64,000 nucleotides of DNA from Eledone cirrhosa (GCA_964016885.1 OZ024744.1:16678001-16742000); one strand, 5' to 3'. Shown: positions 10,301-25,180, numbered from the stretch's first letter. Numbers and translations: made by a program. Notes: generated from the letters alone by a model not told the origin.

Positions 10301-13300
10301 GTGTTTACTGTAATACTGTGTATAGTGTACTGTTCACCTGCAGAAAGTGTCCTGTGTTTACTGTAGTAACGTGTAAAGTGTACTGTTCACCTGAAGAATG
10401 TGTCCTGTGTTTACTGTAATACTGTGTAAAGTGTACTGTTCACCTGAAGAATGTGTCCTGTGTTGACTGTGGTACAGTGTAAAGGGTACTGTTCAGCTGA
10501 GGAATGTGTCCTGTGTTTACTGTAGTACTGTGTAAAGTGTACTGTTCAGTTGAAGAATGTGTCCTGTGTTTACTGTAGTACTGTGTAAAGTGTACTGTTC
10601 ACCTGAAGAAAGTGCCTGTGTTGACTGTAGTACTGTGTAAAGTGTACTGTTCAGCTGAGGAATGTGTCCTGTGTTTACTGTAGTACTGTGTAAAGTGTAC
10701 TGTTCAGCTGAGGAATGTGTCCTGTGTTTACTGTAGTACTGTGTAAAGTGTACTATTCACCTGAGGAATGTGTCCTGTGTTTACTGTAGTACTGTGTAAA
10801 GTGTACTGTTCACCTGAAGAAAGTGTCCTGTGTTTATTGTAGTACTGTGTAAAGTGTACTGTTCACCTGAAGAATGTGTCCTGTGTTTACTGTAGTACTG
10901 TGTAACGTGTACTGTTCACCTGAAGAAAGTGTCCTGTGTTTACTGTAGTAACGTGTAAAGTGTACTGTTCACCTGAAGAATGTGTCCTGTGTTTACTGTA
11001 GTACTGTGTAAAGTGTACTGTTCACCTGAAGAAAGTGTCCTGTGTTTATTGTAGTAACGTGTAAAGTGTACTGTTCACCTGAAGAATGTGTCCTGTGTTT
11101 ACTGTAGTACTGTGTAAAGTGTACTGTTCACCTGAAGAAAGTGTCCTGTGTTTACTGTAGTAACGTGTAAAGTGTACTGTTCACCTGAAGAATGTGTCCT
11201 GTGTTTACTGTAGTACTGTCTAAAGTGTACTGTTCACCTGAAGAAAGTGTCCTGTGTTTATTGTAGTAACGTGTAAAGTGTACTGTTCACCTGAAGAATG
11301 TGTCCTGTGTTTACTGTAGTACTGTGTAAAGTGTACTGTTCACCTGAAGAATGTGTCCTGTGTTTACTGTAGTACTGTGTAAAGTGTACTGTTCACCTGA
11401 AGAAAGTGTCCTGTGTTTATTGTAGTAACGTGTAAAGTGTACCGTTCACCTGAAGAATGTGTCCTGTGTTTACTGTAGTACTGTGTAAAGTGTACTGTTC
11501 ACCTGAAGAATGTGTCCTGTGTTTACTGTAGTACTGTGTAAAGTGTACTGTTCACCTGACGAACGTGTCCTGTGTTTATGGTAGTAATGTGTAAAGTGTA
11601 CTGTTCACCTGAAGAATGTGTCCTGTGTTTAATGTAGTACTGTGTAAAGTGTACTGTTCACCTGAAGAATGTGTCCCCTGTTTACTGTAGTACTGTGTAA
11701 AGTGTACTGTTCAGCTGAAGAAAGTGTCCTGTGTTTACTGTAGTACTGTGTAAAGTGTACTGTTCACCTGAAGAATGTGTCCTGTGTTTACTGTAGTACT
11801 GTGTATAGTGTACTGTTCACCTGCAGAAAGTGTCCTGTGTTTACTGTAGTAACGTGTAAAGTGTACTGTTCACCTGAAGAATATGTCCTGTGTTTACTGT
11901 AGTACTGTGTAAAGTGTACTGTTCACCTGAAGAATGTGTCCTGTGTTGACTGTGGTACAGTGTAAAGGGTACTGTTCAGCTGAGGAATGTGTCCTGTGTT
12001 TACTGTAGTACTGTGTAAAGTGTACTGTTCAGCTGAAGAATGTGTCCTGTGTTTACTGTAGTACTGTGTAAAGTGTACTGTTCACCTGAAGAAAGTGCCT
12101 GTGTTGACTGTAGTACTGTGTAAAGTGTACTGTTCAGCTGAGGAATGTGTCCTGTGTTTACTGTAGTACTGTGTAAAGTGTACTGTTCAGCTGAGGAATG
12201 TGTCCTGTGTTTACTGTAGTACTGTGTAAAGTGTACTATTCACCTGAGGAATGTGTCCTGTGTTTACTGTAGTACTGTGTAAAGTGTACTGTTCACCTGA
12301 AAAAAGTGGGCTGTGTTTACTGTAGTAACGTGTAAAGTGTACTGTTCACCTGAAGAATGTGTCCTGTGTTTACTGTAGTACTGTGTAAAGTGTACTGTTC
12401 ACCTGATGAAAGTGTCCTGTGTTTATTGTAGTAACGTGTAAAGTGTACTGTTCACCTGAAGAATGTGTCCTGTGTTTACTGTAGTACTGTGTAAAGTGTA
12501 CTGTTCACCTGAAGAAAGTGTCCTGTGTTTACTGTAGTAACGTGTAAAGTGTACTGTTCACCTGAAGAATGTGTCCTGTGTTTACTGTAGTACTGTCTAA
12601 AGTGTACTGTTCACCTGAAGAAAGTGTCCTGTGTTTATTGTAGTAACGTGTAAAGTGTACTGTCCACCTGAAGAATGTGTCCTGTGTTTACTGTAGTACT
12701 GTGTAAAGTGTACTGTTCACCTGAAGAATGTGTCCTGTGTTTACTGTAGTACTGTGTAAAGTGTACTGTTCACCTGAAGAAAGTGTCCTGTGTTTATTGT
12801 AGTAACGTGTAAAGTGTACCGTTCACCTGAAGAATCTGTCCTGTGTTTACTGTAGTACTGTGTAAAGTGTACTGTTCACCTGAAGAAAGTGTCCTGTGTT
12901 TACTGTAGTAACGTGTAAAGTGTACTGTTCACCTGAAGAATGTGTCCTGTGTTTACTGTAGTACTGTGTAAAGTGTACTGTTCACCTGAAGAATATGTCC
13001 TGTGTTTACTGTAGTACTGTGTAAAGTGTACTGTTCATCTGAAGAATATGTCCTGTGTTTACTGTAGTACTGTGTAAAGTATAATGTTTAGCTGAAGAAA
13101 GTGTCCTGTGTTTACTGTAGTACTGTGTAAAGTGTACTGTTCACCTGAAGAATGTGTCCTGTGTTTACTGTGGTACAGTGTAAAGTGTAGTGTTCACCTG
13201 AAGAAAGTGTCCTGTGTTTACTGTAGTAACGTGTAAAGTGTACTGTTCACTTGAAGAATGTGTCCTGTGTTTACTGTAGTACTGTGTAAAGTGTACTGTT

Positions 13301-14270
13301 CACCTGAAGAATGTGTCCTGTGTTTACTGTAGTACTGTGTAAAGTGTACTGTTCAGCTGAAGAATGTGTCCTGTGTTTACTGTAGTACTGTGTAAAGTGT
13401 ACTGTTCACCTGAAGAATGTGTCCTGTGTTGACTGTAGTACTGTGTAAAGTGTATTGTTCACATGAAGAATGTGTCCTGTGTTTACTGTAGTACTGTGTA
13501 AAGTGTACTGTTCACCTGACGAATGTGTCCTGTGTTTACTGTAGTACAGTGTAACGTGTACTTTTCAGCTGAAGAATGTGTCCTGTGTTTACTGTAGTAC
13601 TGTGTAAAGTGTAATTTTCACCTGAAGAATGTGTCCTGTGTTTACTGTGGTACTGTGTAAAGTGTACTGTTCACCTGAAGAACGTGTCATGTGTTTACTG
13701 TGGTACTGTGTAAAGTGTATTGTTCACATGAAGAATGTGTCCTGTGTTTACTGTAGTACTGTGTAAAGTGTACTGTTCACCTGACGAATGTGTCCTGTGT
13801 TTACTGTAGTAATGTGTAAAGTGTGCTGTTCAGCTGAAGAATATGTCCTGTGTTTACTGTGGTACGGTGTAAAGTGTGCTGTTCACCTGAAGAATATGTC
13901 CCGTGTTTACTGTAGTACTGTGTAAAGTGTACTGTTCACCTGAAGTATGTGTCCTGTGTTTACTGTAGAACTGTGTAAAGTGTACTGTTCAGCTGAAGAA
14001 TGTGTCCTGTGTTTACTGTAGTACTGTATAAAGTGTACTGCTCAGCTGAAGAATGTGTCCTGTGTTTACTGTCGTACTGTGTAAAGTGTACTGTTCAGCT
14101 GAAAAATGTGTCCTGTGTTTGCTGCAGTACTGTGTAAAGTGTACAGTTCAGCTGAAGAATGTGTCCTGTGTTTACTGTAGTACTGTGTAAAGTGTACTGT
14201 TCACCTGATGAACGTGTCCTTTGTTTATGGTAGTAATGTGTAAAGTGTACTGTTCACCTGAAGAATGTGT
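7400..14270 (+). repeat. Higher-order tandem duplication, offset 4,132 bp (78 monomers minus 2 bp); second copy partial
   Basis: Marker gtcccctg occurs at 7541 and 11673, and ctgatgaaag at 8271 and 12403; both give an offset of 4132. The variants tgtccacc and tgtagtgttc are also shared. Confidence 0.85.
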
Positions 14271-17200
14271 CCTGTGTTTACTGTAGTACTGTGTAAAGTG
14301 TACTGTTCAGCTGAGGAATGTGTCCTGTGTTTACTGTAGTACTGTGTAAAGTGTACTATTCACCTGAGGAATGTGTCCTGTGTTTACTGTAGTACTGTGT
14401 AAAGTGTACTGTTCACCTGAAGAAAGTGTCCTGTGTTTATTGTAGTACTGTGTAAAGTGTACTGTTCACCTGAAGAATGTGTCCTGTGTTTACTGTAGCA
14501 CTGTGTAACGTGTACTGTTCACCTGAAGAAAGTGTCCTGTGTTTACTGTAGTAACGTGTAAAGTGTACTGTTCACCTGAAGAATGTGTCCTGTGTTTACT
14601 GTAGTACTGTGTAAAGTGTACTGTTCACCTGAAGAAAGTGTCCTGTGTTTATTGTAGTAACGTGTAAAGTGTACTGTTCACCTGAAGAATGTGTCCTGTG
14701 TTTACTGTAGTACTGTGTAAAGTGTACTGTTCACCTGAAGAAAGTGTCCTGTGTTTACTGTAGTAACGTGTAAAGTGTACTGTTCACCTGAAGAATGTGT
14801 CCTGTGTTTACTGTAGTACTGTCTAAAGTGTACTGTTCACCTGAAGAATGTGTCCTGTGTTTACTGTAGTACTGTGTAAAGTGTACTGTTCACCTGAAGA
14901 AAGTGTCCTGTGTTTATTGTAGTAACGTGTAAAGTGTACCGTTCACCTGAAGAATGTGTCCTGTGTTTAATGTAGTACTGTGTAAAGTGTACTGTTCACC
15001 TGAAGAAAGTGTCCTGTGTTTACTGTAGTAACGTGTAAAGTGTACTGTTCACCTGAAGAATGTGTCCTGTGTTTACTGTAGTACTGTGTAAAGTGTACTG
15101 TTCACCTGAAGAATGTGTCCTGTGTTTACTTTAGTACTGTGTAAAGTGTACTGTTCACCTGAAGAAAGTGTCCTGTGTTTATTGTAGTAACGTGTAAAGT
15201 GTACTGTTCACCTGAAGAATGTGTCCTGTGTTTACTGTAGTACTGTGTACAGTGTAATGTTCAGCTGAAGAAAGTGTCCTGTGTTTACTGTAGGACTGTG
15301 TAAAGTGTACTGTTCACCTGAAGAATGTGTACTGTGTTTACTGTAGTACTGTGTAAAGTGTACTCTTCACCTGAAGAATGTGTCCTGTGTTTACTGTAGT
15401 ACTGTGTAAGATGTACTGTTCAGCTAACTAATGTTCCTGTGTTTACTGTAGTACCGTGTAAAATGTACTCTTCACCTGAAGAATGTGTCCTGTGTTTGCT
15501 GCAGTACTGTGTAAAGTGTACCGTTCAGCTGAACAATGTGTCCTGTGTTTACTGTAGTACTGGGTAAAGTATACTGTTCACCTGAAGAATGTGTCCTGTG
15601 TTTACTGTAGTAATGTGTAAAGTGTACTGTTCACCTGACGAATGTGTCCTGTGTTTACTGTAGTACAGTGTAATGTGTACTGTTCAGCTGAAGAATGTGT
15701 CCTGTGTTTACTGTAGTACTGTGTAAAGTGTACTGTTCACCTGAAGAATGTGTCCTGTGTTTAATGTAGTACTCTGTAAAGTGTACTGTTCACCTGAAGA
15801 ATGTGTCCAGTGTTTTCTGTAGTCCTGCGTAAAGTGTACTGTTCACCTGAAGAATGTGTCCTCTGTTTACTGTAGTACTGTGTAAAGTGTAATTTTCACC
15901 TGAAGAATGTGTCCTGTGTTTTCTGTAGTACTGCGTAAAGTGTACTGTTCACGTGAAGAATGTGTCCTGTGTTTACTGTGGTACTGTGTAAAGTGTACTG
16001 TTCACCTGAAGAACGTGTCATGTGTTTACTGTGGTACTGTGTAAAGTGTACTGTTCATCTGAAGAATGTGTCCTGTGTTTACTGTAGTAATGTGTAAAGT
16101 GTACTGTTCAGCTGAAGAATGTGTCCTGTGTTTACTGTAGTACTGTGTAAAGTGTACTGTTGAGCTAACTAATGGTTCCTGTGTTTACTGTAGTACTGTG
16201 TAAAGTGTACTGCTCAGCTGAAGAATGTGTCCTGTGTTTACTGTCGTACTGTGTAAAGTGTACTGTTCAGCTGAAAAATGTGTCCTGTGTTTGCTGCAGT
16301 ACTGTGTAAAGTGTACTGTTCAGCTGAAGAATGTGTCCTGTGTTTACTGTAGTACTGTGTAAAGTGTACTGTTCTCCTGAAGAATATGTCCCGTGTTTAC
16401 TGTAGTACTGTGTAAAGTGTACTCTTCACCTGAAGAACGTGTCCTGTGTTTACTGTAGTACTGTGTAAAGTGTACTGTTCACCTGAAGAATGTGTCCTGT
16501 GTCTACTGTAGTACTGTGTAAAGTATAATGCACAGCTGAAGAAAGTGTCCTGTGTTTACTGTAGTACTGTGTAAAATTTACTGTTCACCTGAAGAATGTG
16601 TACTGTGTTTACGGTAGTACTGTGTAAAGTGTACTCTTCACCTGAAGAATGTGTCCTGTGTTTACTGTAGTACTGTGTAAAGTGTACTGTTCACCTGAAG
16701 AATGTATCCTGTGTTTACTGTTTTACTGTGGTACTGTGTAAAGCGTATTGTTCAGCTGAAGGATGTGTCCTGTGTTTACTGTAGTACTGTGTAACATGTA
16801 CTGTTCAGCTAACTAATGGTTCCTGTGTTTACTGTAGTACTGTGTAAAGTGTACTGTTCAGCTGAGGAATGTGTCCTGTGTTTACTGTAGTACTGTGTAA
16901 AGTGTACTATTCACCTGAGGAATGTGTCCTGTGTTTACTGTAGTACTGTGTAAAGTGTACTGTTCACCTGAAAAAAGTGGGCTGTGTTTACTGTAGTAAC
17001 GTGTAAAGTGTACTGTTCACCTGAAGAATGTGTCCTGTGTTTACTGTAGTACTGTGTAAAGTGTACTGTTCACCTGATGAAAGTGTCCTGTGTTTATTGT
17101 AGTAACGTGTAAAGTGTACTGTTCACCTGAAGAATGTGTCCTGTGTTTACTGTAGTACTGTCTAAAGTGTACTGTTCACCTGAAGAAAGTGTCCTGTGTT

Positions 17201-20200
17201 TATTGTAGTAACGTGTAAAGTGTACTGTCCACCTGAAGAATGTGTCCTGTGTTTACTGTAGTACTGTGTAAAGTGTACTGTTCACCTGAAGAATGTGTCC
17301 TGTGTTTACTGTAGTACTGTGTAAAGTGTACTGTTCACCTGAAGAAAGTGTCCTGTGTTTATTGTAGTAACGTGTAAAGTGTACCGTTCACCTGAAGAAT
17401 CTGTCCTGTGTTTACTGTAGTACTGTGTAAAGTGTACTGTTCACCTGAAGAAAGTGTCCTGTGTTTACTGTAGTAACGTGTAAAGTGTACTGTTCACCTG
17501 AAGAATGTGTCCTGTGTTTACTGTAGTACTGTGTAAAGTGTACTGTTCACCTGAAGAATATGTCCTGTGTTTACTGTAGTACTGTGTAAAGTGTACTGTT
17601 CATCTGAAGAATATGTCCTGTGTTTACTGTAGTACTGTGTAAAGTATAATGTTTAGCTGAAGAAAGTGTCCTGTGTTTACTGTAGTACTGTGTAAAGTGT
17701 ACTGTTCACCTGAAGAATGTGTCCTGTGTTTACTGTGGTACAGTGTAAAGTGTAGTGTTCACCTGAAGAAAGTGTCCTGTGTTTACTGTAGTAACGTGTA
17801 AAGTGTACTGTTCACTTGAAGAATGTGTCCTGTGTTTACTGTAGTACTGTGTAAAGTGTACTGTTCACCTGAAGAATGTGTCCTGTGTTTACTGTAGTAC
17901 TGTGTAAAGTGTACTGTTCAGCTGAAGAATGTGTCCTGTGTTTACTGTAGTACTGTGTAAAGTGTACTGTTCACCTGAAGAATGTGTCCTGTGTTGACTG
18001 TAGTACTGTGTAAAGTGTATTGTTCACATGAAGAATGTGTCCTGTGTTTACTGTAGTACTGTGTAAAGTGTACTGTTCACCTGACGAATGTGTCCTGTGT
18101 TTACTGTAGTACAGTGTAACGTGTACTTTTCAGCTGAAGAATGTGTCCTGTGTTTACTGTAGTACTGTGTAAAGTGTAATTTTCACCTGAAGAATGTGTC
18201 CTGTGTTTTCTGTAGTACTGCGTAAAGTGTACTGTTCACCTGAAGAATGTGTCCTGTGTTTACTGTGGTACTGTGTAAAGTGTACTGTTCACCTGAAGAA
18301 CGTGTCATGTGTTTACTGTGGTACTGTGTAAAGTGTATTGTTCACATGAAGAATGTGTCCTGTGTTTACTGTAGTACTGTGTAAAGTGTACTGTTCACCT
18401 GACGAATGTGTCCTGTGTTTACTGTAGTAATGTGTAAAGTGTGCTGTTCAGCTGAAGAATATGTCCTGTGTTTACTGTGGTACGGTGTAAAGTGTGCTGT
18501 TCACCTGAAGAATATGTCCCGTGTTTACTGTAGTACTGTGTAAAGTGTACTGTTCACCTGAAGTATGTGTCCTGTGTTTACTGTAGAACTGTGTAAAGTG
18601 TACTGTTCAGCTGAAGAATGTGTCCTGTGTTTACTGTAGTACTGTATAAAGTGTACTGCTCAGCTGAAGAATGTGTCCTGTGTTTACTGTCGTACTGTGT
18701 AAAGTGTACTGTTCAGCTGAAAAATGTGTCCTGTGTTTGCTGCAGTACTGTGTAAAGTGTACAGTTCAGCTGAAGAATGTGTCCTGTGTTTACTGTAGTA
18801 CTGTGTAAAGTGTACTGTTCACCTGATGAACGTGTCCTTTGTTTATGGTAGTAATGTGTAAAGTGTACTATTCACCTGAGGAATGTGTCCTGTGTTTACT
18901 GTAGTACTGTGTAAAGTGTACTGTTCACCTGAAGAAGGTGTCCTGTGTTTATTGTAGTACTGTGTAAAGTGTACTGTTCACCTGAAGAATGTGTCCTGTG
19001 TTTACTGTAGTACTGTGTAACGTGTACTGTTCACCTGAAGAAAGTGTCCTGTGTTTACTGTAGTAACGTGTAAAGTGTACTGTTCACCTGAAGAATGTGT
19101 CCTGTGTTTACTGTAGTACTGTGTAAAGTGTACTGTTCACCTGAAGAAAGTGTCCTGTGTTTATTGTAGTAACGTGTAAAGTGTACTGTTCACCTGAAGA
19201 ATGTGTCCTGTGTTTACTGTAGTACTGTGTAAAGTGTACTGTTCACCTGAAGAAAGTGTCCTGTGTTTACTGTAGTAACGTGTAAAGTGTACTGTTCACC
19301 TGAAGAATGTGTCCTGTGTTTACTGTAGTACTGTCTAAAGTGTACTGTTCACCTGAAGAATGTGTCCTGTGTTTACTGTAGTACTGTGTAAAGTGTACTG
19401 TTCACCTGAAGAAAGTGTCCTGTGTTTATTGTAGTAACGTGTAAAGTGTACCGTTCACCTGAAGAATGTGTCCTGTGTTTACTGTAGTACTGTGTAAAGT
19501 GTACTGTTCACCTGAAGAAAGTGTCCTGTGTTTACTGTAGTAACGTGTAAAGTGTACTGTTCACCTGAAGAATGTGTCCTGTGTTTACTGTAGTACTGTG
19601 TAAAGTGTACTGTTCACCTGAAGAATGTGTCCTGTGTTTACTTTAGTACTGTGTAAAGTGTACTGTTCACCTGAAGAAAGTGTCCTGTGTTTATTGTAGT
19701 AACGTGTAAAGTGTACTGTTCACCTGAAGAATGTGTCCTGTGTTTACTGTAGTACTGTGTACAGTGTAATGTTCAGCTGAAGAAAGTGTCCTGTGTTTAC
19801 TGTAGGACTGTGTAAAGTGTACTGTTCACCTGAAGAATGTGTACTGTGTTTACTGTAGTACTGTGTAAAGTGTACTCTTCACCTGAAGAATGTGTCCTGT
19901 GTTTACTGTAGTACTGTGTAAGATGTACTGTTCAGCTAACTAATGTTCCTGTGTTTACTGTAGTACCGTGTAAAATGTACTCTTCACCTGAAGAATGTGT
20001 CCTGTGTTTGCTGCAGTACTGTGTAAAGTGTACCGTTCAGCTGAACAATGTGTCCTGTGTTTACTGTAGTACTGGGTAAAGTATACTGTTCACCTGAAGA
20101 ATGTGTCCTGTGTTTACTGTAGTAATGTGTAAAGTGTACTGTTCACCTGACGAATGTGTCCTGTGTTTACTGTAGTACAGTGTAATGTGTACTGTTCAGC

Positions 20201-21360
20201 TGAAGAATGTGTCCTGTGTTTACTGTAGTACTGTGTAAAGTGTACTGTTCACCTGAAGAATGTGTCCTGTGTTTAATGTAGTACTCTGTAAAGTGTACTG
20301 TTCACCTGAAGAATGTGTCCAGTGTTTTCTGTAGTCCTGCGTAAAGTGTACTGTTCACCTGAAGAATGTGTCCTCTGTTTACTGTAGTACTGTGTAAAGT
20401 GTAATTTTCACCTGAAGAATGTGTCCTGTGTTTTCTGTAGTACTGCGTAAAGTGTACTGTTCACGTGAAGAATGTGTCCTGTGTTTACTGTGGTACTGTG
20501 TAAAGTGTACTGTTCACCTGAAGAACGTGTCATGTGTTTACTGTGGTACTGTGTAAAGTGTACTGTTCATCTGAAGAATGTGTCCTGTGTTTACTGTAGT
20601 AATGTGTAAAGTGTACTGTTCAGCTGAAGAATGTGTCCTGTGTTTACTGTAGTACTGTGTAAAGTGTACTGTTGAGCTAACTAATGGTTCCTGTGTTTAC
20701 TGTAGTACTGTGTAAAGTGTACTGCTCAGCTGAAGAATGTGTCCTGTGTTTACTGTCGTACTGTGTAAAGTGTACTGTTCAGCTGAAAAATGTGTCCTGT
20801 GTTTGCTGCAGTACTGTGTAAAGTGTACTGTTCAGCTGAAGAATGTGTCCTGTGTTTACTGTAGTACTGTGTAAAGTGTACTGTTCTCCTGAAGAATATG
20901 TCCCGTGTTTACTGTAGTACTGTGTAAAGTGTACTCTTCACCTGAAGAACGTGTCCTGTGTTTACTGTAGTACTGTGTAAAGTGTACTGTTCACCTGAAG
21001 AATGTGTCCTGTGTCTACTGTAGTACTGTGTAAAGTATAATGCACAGCTGAAGAAAGTGTCCTGTGTTTACTGTAGTACTGTGTAAAATTTACTGTTCAC
21101 CTGAAGAATGTGTACTGTGTTTACGGTAGTACTGTGTAAAGCGTACTCTTCACCTGAAGAATGTGTCCTGTGTTTACTGTAGTACTGTGTAAAGTGTACT
21201 GTTCACCTGAAGAATGTATCCTGTGTTTACTGTTTTACTGTGGTACTGTGTAAAGCGTATTGTTCAGCTGAAGGATGTGTCCTGTGTTTACTGTAGTACT
21301 GTGTAACATGTACTGTTCAGCTAACTAATGGTTCCTGTGTTTACTGTAGTACTGTGTAAA
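12180..21360 (+). repeat. Higher-order tandem duplication, about 88 and 85 monomers (offsets 4,671 then 4,512 bp)
   Basis: The private marker aaaaagtgggctg occurs at about 12301 and 16972, ctgatgaaag at 12403 and 17074, and actttagtact at 15128 and 19640. Confidence 0.88.
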
Positions 21361-21830
21361 GTGTACTGTTCACCTGAAGAATGTATCCTGTGTCTACTGT
21401 AGTACTGTGGTACTGTGTAAAGCGTATTGTTCAGCTGAAGGATGTGTCCTGTGTTTACTGTAGTACTGTGTAACATGTACTGTTCAGCTAACTAATGGTT
21501 CCTGTGTTTACTGTAGTACTGTGTAAAGTGTACTGTTCACCTGAAGAATGTATCCTGTGTTTACTGTTTTACTGTGGTACTGTGTAAAGCGTATTGTTCA
21601 GCTGAAGGATGTGTCCTGTGTTTACTGTAGTACTGTGTAACATGTACTGTTCAGCTAACTAATGGTTCCTGTGTTTACTGTAGTACTGTGTAAAGTGTAC
21701 TGTTCACCTGAAGAATGTATCCTGTGTCTACTGTAGTACTGTGGTACTGTGTAAAGCGTATTGTTCAGCTGAAGGATGTGTCCTGTGTTTACTGTAGTAC
21801 TGTGTAAAGTGTACTCTTCACCTGAATAAT
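21200..21830 (+). repeat. Local 167-bp trimer repeat in about 4 copies with A-B-A-B alternation (334-bp period)
   Basis: gaatgtatcc occurs at 21212, 21379, 21546 and 21713, a spacing of 167 = 3x53+8. The copies alternate tttactgttttactgtgg and tctactgtagtactgtgg. Confidence 0.92.
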
Positions 21831-24800
21831 GTGTCCTCTGTTTACTGTCGTACAGTGTAAAGTGTACTCATCACCTGAAGAATGTGTCCTGTGTTTGCTG
21901 CAGTACTGTGTAAAGTGTACTGTTCACCTGACGAATGTGTCCTGTGTTTACTGTAGTACTGTGTAATGTGTACTGTTCAGCTGAAGAATGTGTCCTGTGT
22001 TTACTGTAGTACTGTGTAAAGTGTACTGTTCACCTGAAGAATGAGTCCTGTGTTTACTGTAGTACTGTGTAAAGTGTACTGTTGACCTGAAGAATGTGTC
22101 TTGTGTTTACTGTAGTACTGCGTAAAGTGTACTGTTCACCTGAAGAATGTGTCCTGTGTTTATTGTAGTAATGTGTAAAGTGTACTGTTCAGCTGAAGAA
22201 TGTGTCCTGTGTTTACTGTGGTACTGTGTAAAGTGTACTGTTCACCTGAAGAATGTGTCCTGTGTTTACTGTGGTACTGTGTAAAGTGTACTGTTCACCT
22301 GAAGAATGTGTCCTGTGTTTACTGTAGTAATGTGTAAAGTGTACAGTTAACCTGACGAATGTGTCCTGTGTTTACTGTGGTACTGTGTAAAGTGTACTGT
22401 TCACCTGAAGAATGTGTCCTGTGTTTACTGTAGTAATGTGTAAAGTGTACTGTTCACCTGAAGAATATGTCCTGTGTTTACTGTAGTACTGTGTAAAGTG
22501 TACTGTTCATCTGAAGAATATGTCCTGTGTTTACTGTAGTACTGTGTAAAGTATAATGTTTAGCTGAAGAAAGTGTCCTGTGTTTACTGTAGTACTGTGT
22601 AAAGTGTACTGTTCACCTGAAGAATGTGTCCTGTGTTTACTGTGGTACTGTGTAAAGTGTACTGTTCACCTGAAGAAAGTGTCCTGTGTTTATTGTAGTA
22701 ACGTGTAAAGTGTACTGTTCACCTGAAGAATCTGTCCTGTGTTTACTGTAGTACTGTGTAAAGTGTACTGTTCACCTGAAGAAAGTGTCCTGTGTTTACT
22801 GTAGTAACGTGTAAAGTGTACTGTTCACCTGAAGAATGTGTCCTGTGTTTACTGTAGTACTGTCTAAAGTGTACTGTTCACCTGAAGAAAGTGTCCTGTG
22901 TTTATTGTAGTAACGTGTAAAGTGTACTGTTCACCTGAAGAATGTGTCCTGTGTTTACTGTAGTACTGTGTAAAGTGTACTGTTCACCTGAAGAATGTGT
23001 CCTGTGTTTACTGTAGTACTGTGTAAAGTGTACTCTTCACCTGAAGAAAGTGTCCTGTGTTTATTGTAGTAACGTGTAAAGTGTACCGTTCACCTGAAGA
23101 ATCTGTCCTGTGTTTACTGTAGTACTGTGTAAAGTGTACTGTTCACCTGAAGAATGTGTCCTGTGTTTACTGTAGTACTGTGTAAAGTGTACTGTTCTCC
23201 TGAAGAATATGTCCCGTGTTTACTGTAGTACTGTGTAAAGTGTACTCTTCACCTGAAGAACGTGTCCTGTGTTTACTGTAGTACTGTGTAAAGTGTACTG
23301 TTCACCTGAAGAATGTGTCCTGTGTCTACTGTAGTACTGTGTAAAGTATAATGCACAGCTGAAGAAAGTGTCCTGTGTTTACTGTAGTACTGTGTAAAAT
23401 TTACTGTTCACCTGAAGAATGTGTACTGTGTTTACGGTAGTACTGTGTAAAGTGTACTCTTCACCTGAAGAATGTGTCCTGTGTTTACTGTAGTACTGTG
23501 TAAAGTGTACTGTTCACCTGAAGAATGTATCCTGTGTTTACTGTTTTACTGTGGTACTGTGTAAAGCGTATTGTTCAGCTGAAGGATGTGTCCTGTGTTT
23601 ACTGTAGTACTGTGTAACATGTACTGTTCAGCTAACTAATGGTTCCTGTGTTTACTGTAGTACTGTGTAAAGTGTACTGTTCACCTGAAGAATGTATCCT
23701 GTGTCTACTGTAGTACTGTGGTACTGTGTAAAGCGTATTGTTCAGCTGAAGGATGTGTCCTGTGTTTACTGTAGTACTGTGTAACATGTACTGTTCAGCT
23801 AACTAATGGTTCCTGTGTTTACTGTAGTACTGTGTAAAGTGTACTCTTCACCTGAATAATGTGTCCTCTGTTTACTGTCGTACAGTGTAAAGTGTACTCA
23901 TCACCTGAAGAATGTGTCCTGTGTTTGCTGCAGTACTGTGTAAAGTGTACTGTTCACCTGACGAATGTGTCCTGTGTTTACTGTAGTACTGTGTAATGTG
24001 TACTGTTCAGCTGAAGAATGTGTCCTGTGTTTACTGTAGTACTGTGTAAAGTGTACTGTTCACCTGAAGAATGAGTCCTGTGTTTACTGTAGTACTGTGT
24101 AAAGTGTACTGTTGACCTGAAGAATGTGTCTTGTGTTTACTGTAGTACTGCGTAAAGTGTACTGTTCACCTGAAGAATGTGTCCTGTGTTTATTGTAGTA
24201 ATGTGTAAAGTGTACTGTTCAGCTGAAGAATGTGTCCTGTGTTTACTGTGGTACTGTGTAAAGTGTACTGTTCACCTGAAGAATGTGTCCTGTGTTTACT
24301 GTGGTACTGTGTAAAGTGTACTGTTCACCTGAAGAATGTGTCCTGTGTTTACTGTAGTAATGTGTAAAGTGTACAGTTAACCTGAAGAATGTGTCCTGTG
24401 TTTACTGTGGTACTGTGTAAAGTGTACTGTTCACCTGAAGAATGTGTCCTGTGTTTACTGTAGTAATGTGTAAAGTGTACTGTTCACCTGAAGAATATGT
24501 CCTGTGTTTACTGTAGTACTGTGTAAAGTGTACTGTTCATCTGAAGAATATGTCCTGTGTTTACTGTAGTACTGTGTAAAGTATAATGTTTAGCTGAAGA
24601 AAGTGTCCTGTGTTTACTGTAGTACTGTGTAAAGTGTACTGTTCACCTGAAGAATGTGTCCTGTGTTTACTGTGGTACTGTGTAAAGTGTACTGTTCACC
24701 TGAAGAAAGTGTCCTGTGTTTATTGTAGTAACGTGTAAAGTGTACTGTTCACCTGAAGAATCTGTCCTGTGTTTACTGTAGTACTGTGTAAAGTGTACTG

Positions 24801-25180
24801 TTCACCTGAAGAAAGTGTCCTGTGTTTACTGTAGTAACGTGTAAAGTGTACTGTTCACCTGAAGAATGTGTCCTGTGTTTACTGTAGTACTGTCTAAAGT
24901 GTACTGTTCACCTGAAGAAAGTGTCCTGTGTTTATTGTAGTAACGTGTAAAGTGTACTGTTCACCTGAAGAATGTGTCCTGTGTTTACTGTAGTACTGTG
25001 TAAAGTGTACTGTTCACCTGAAGAATGTGTCCTGTGTTTACTGTAGTACTGTGTAAAGTGTACTCTTCACCTGAAGAAAGTGTCCTGTGTTTATTGTAGT
25101 AACGTGTAAAGTGTACCGTTCACCTGAAGAATCTGTCCTGTGTTTACTGTAGTACTGTGTAAAGTGTACTGTTCACCTGA
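21790..25180 (+). repeat. Higher-order duplication, offset 2,030 bp (38 monomers plus 16 bp)
   Basis: Private markers atgagtcctg at 22041 and 24071, and tactcatcac at about 21866 and 23896. Confidence 0.87.
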
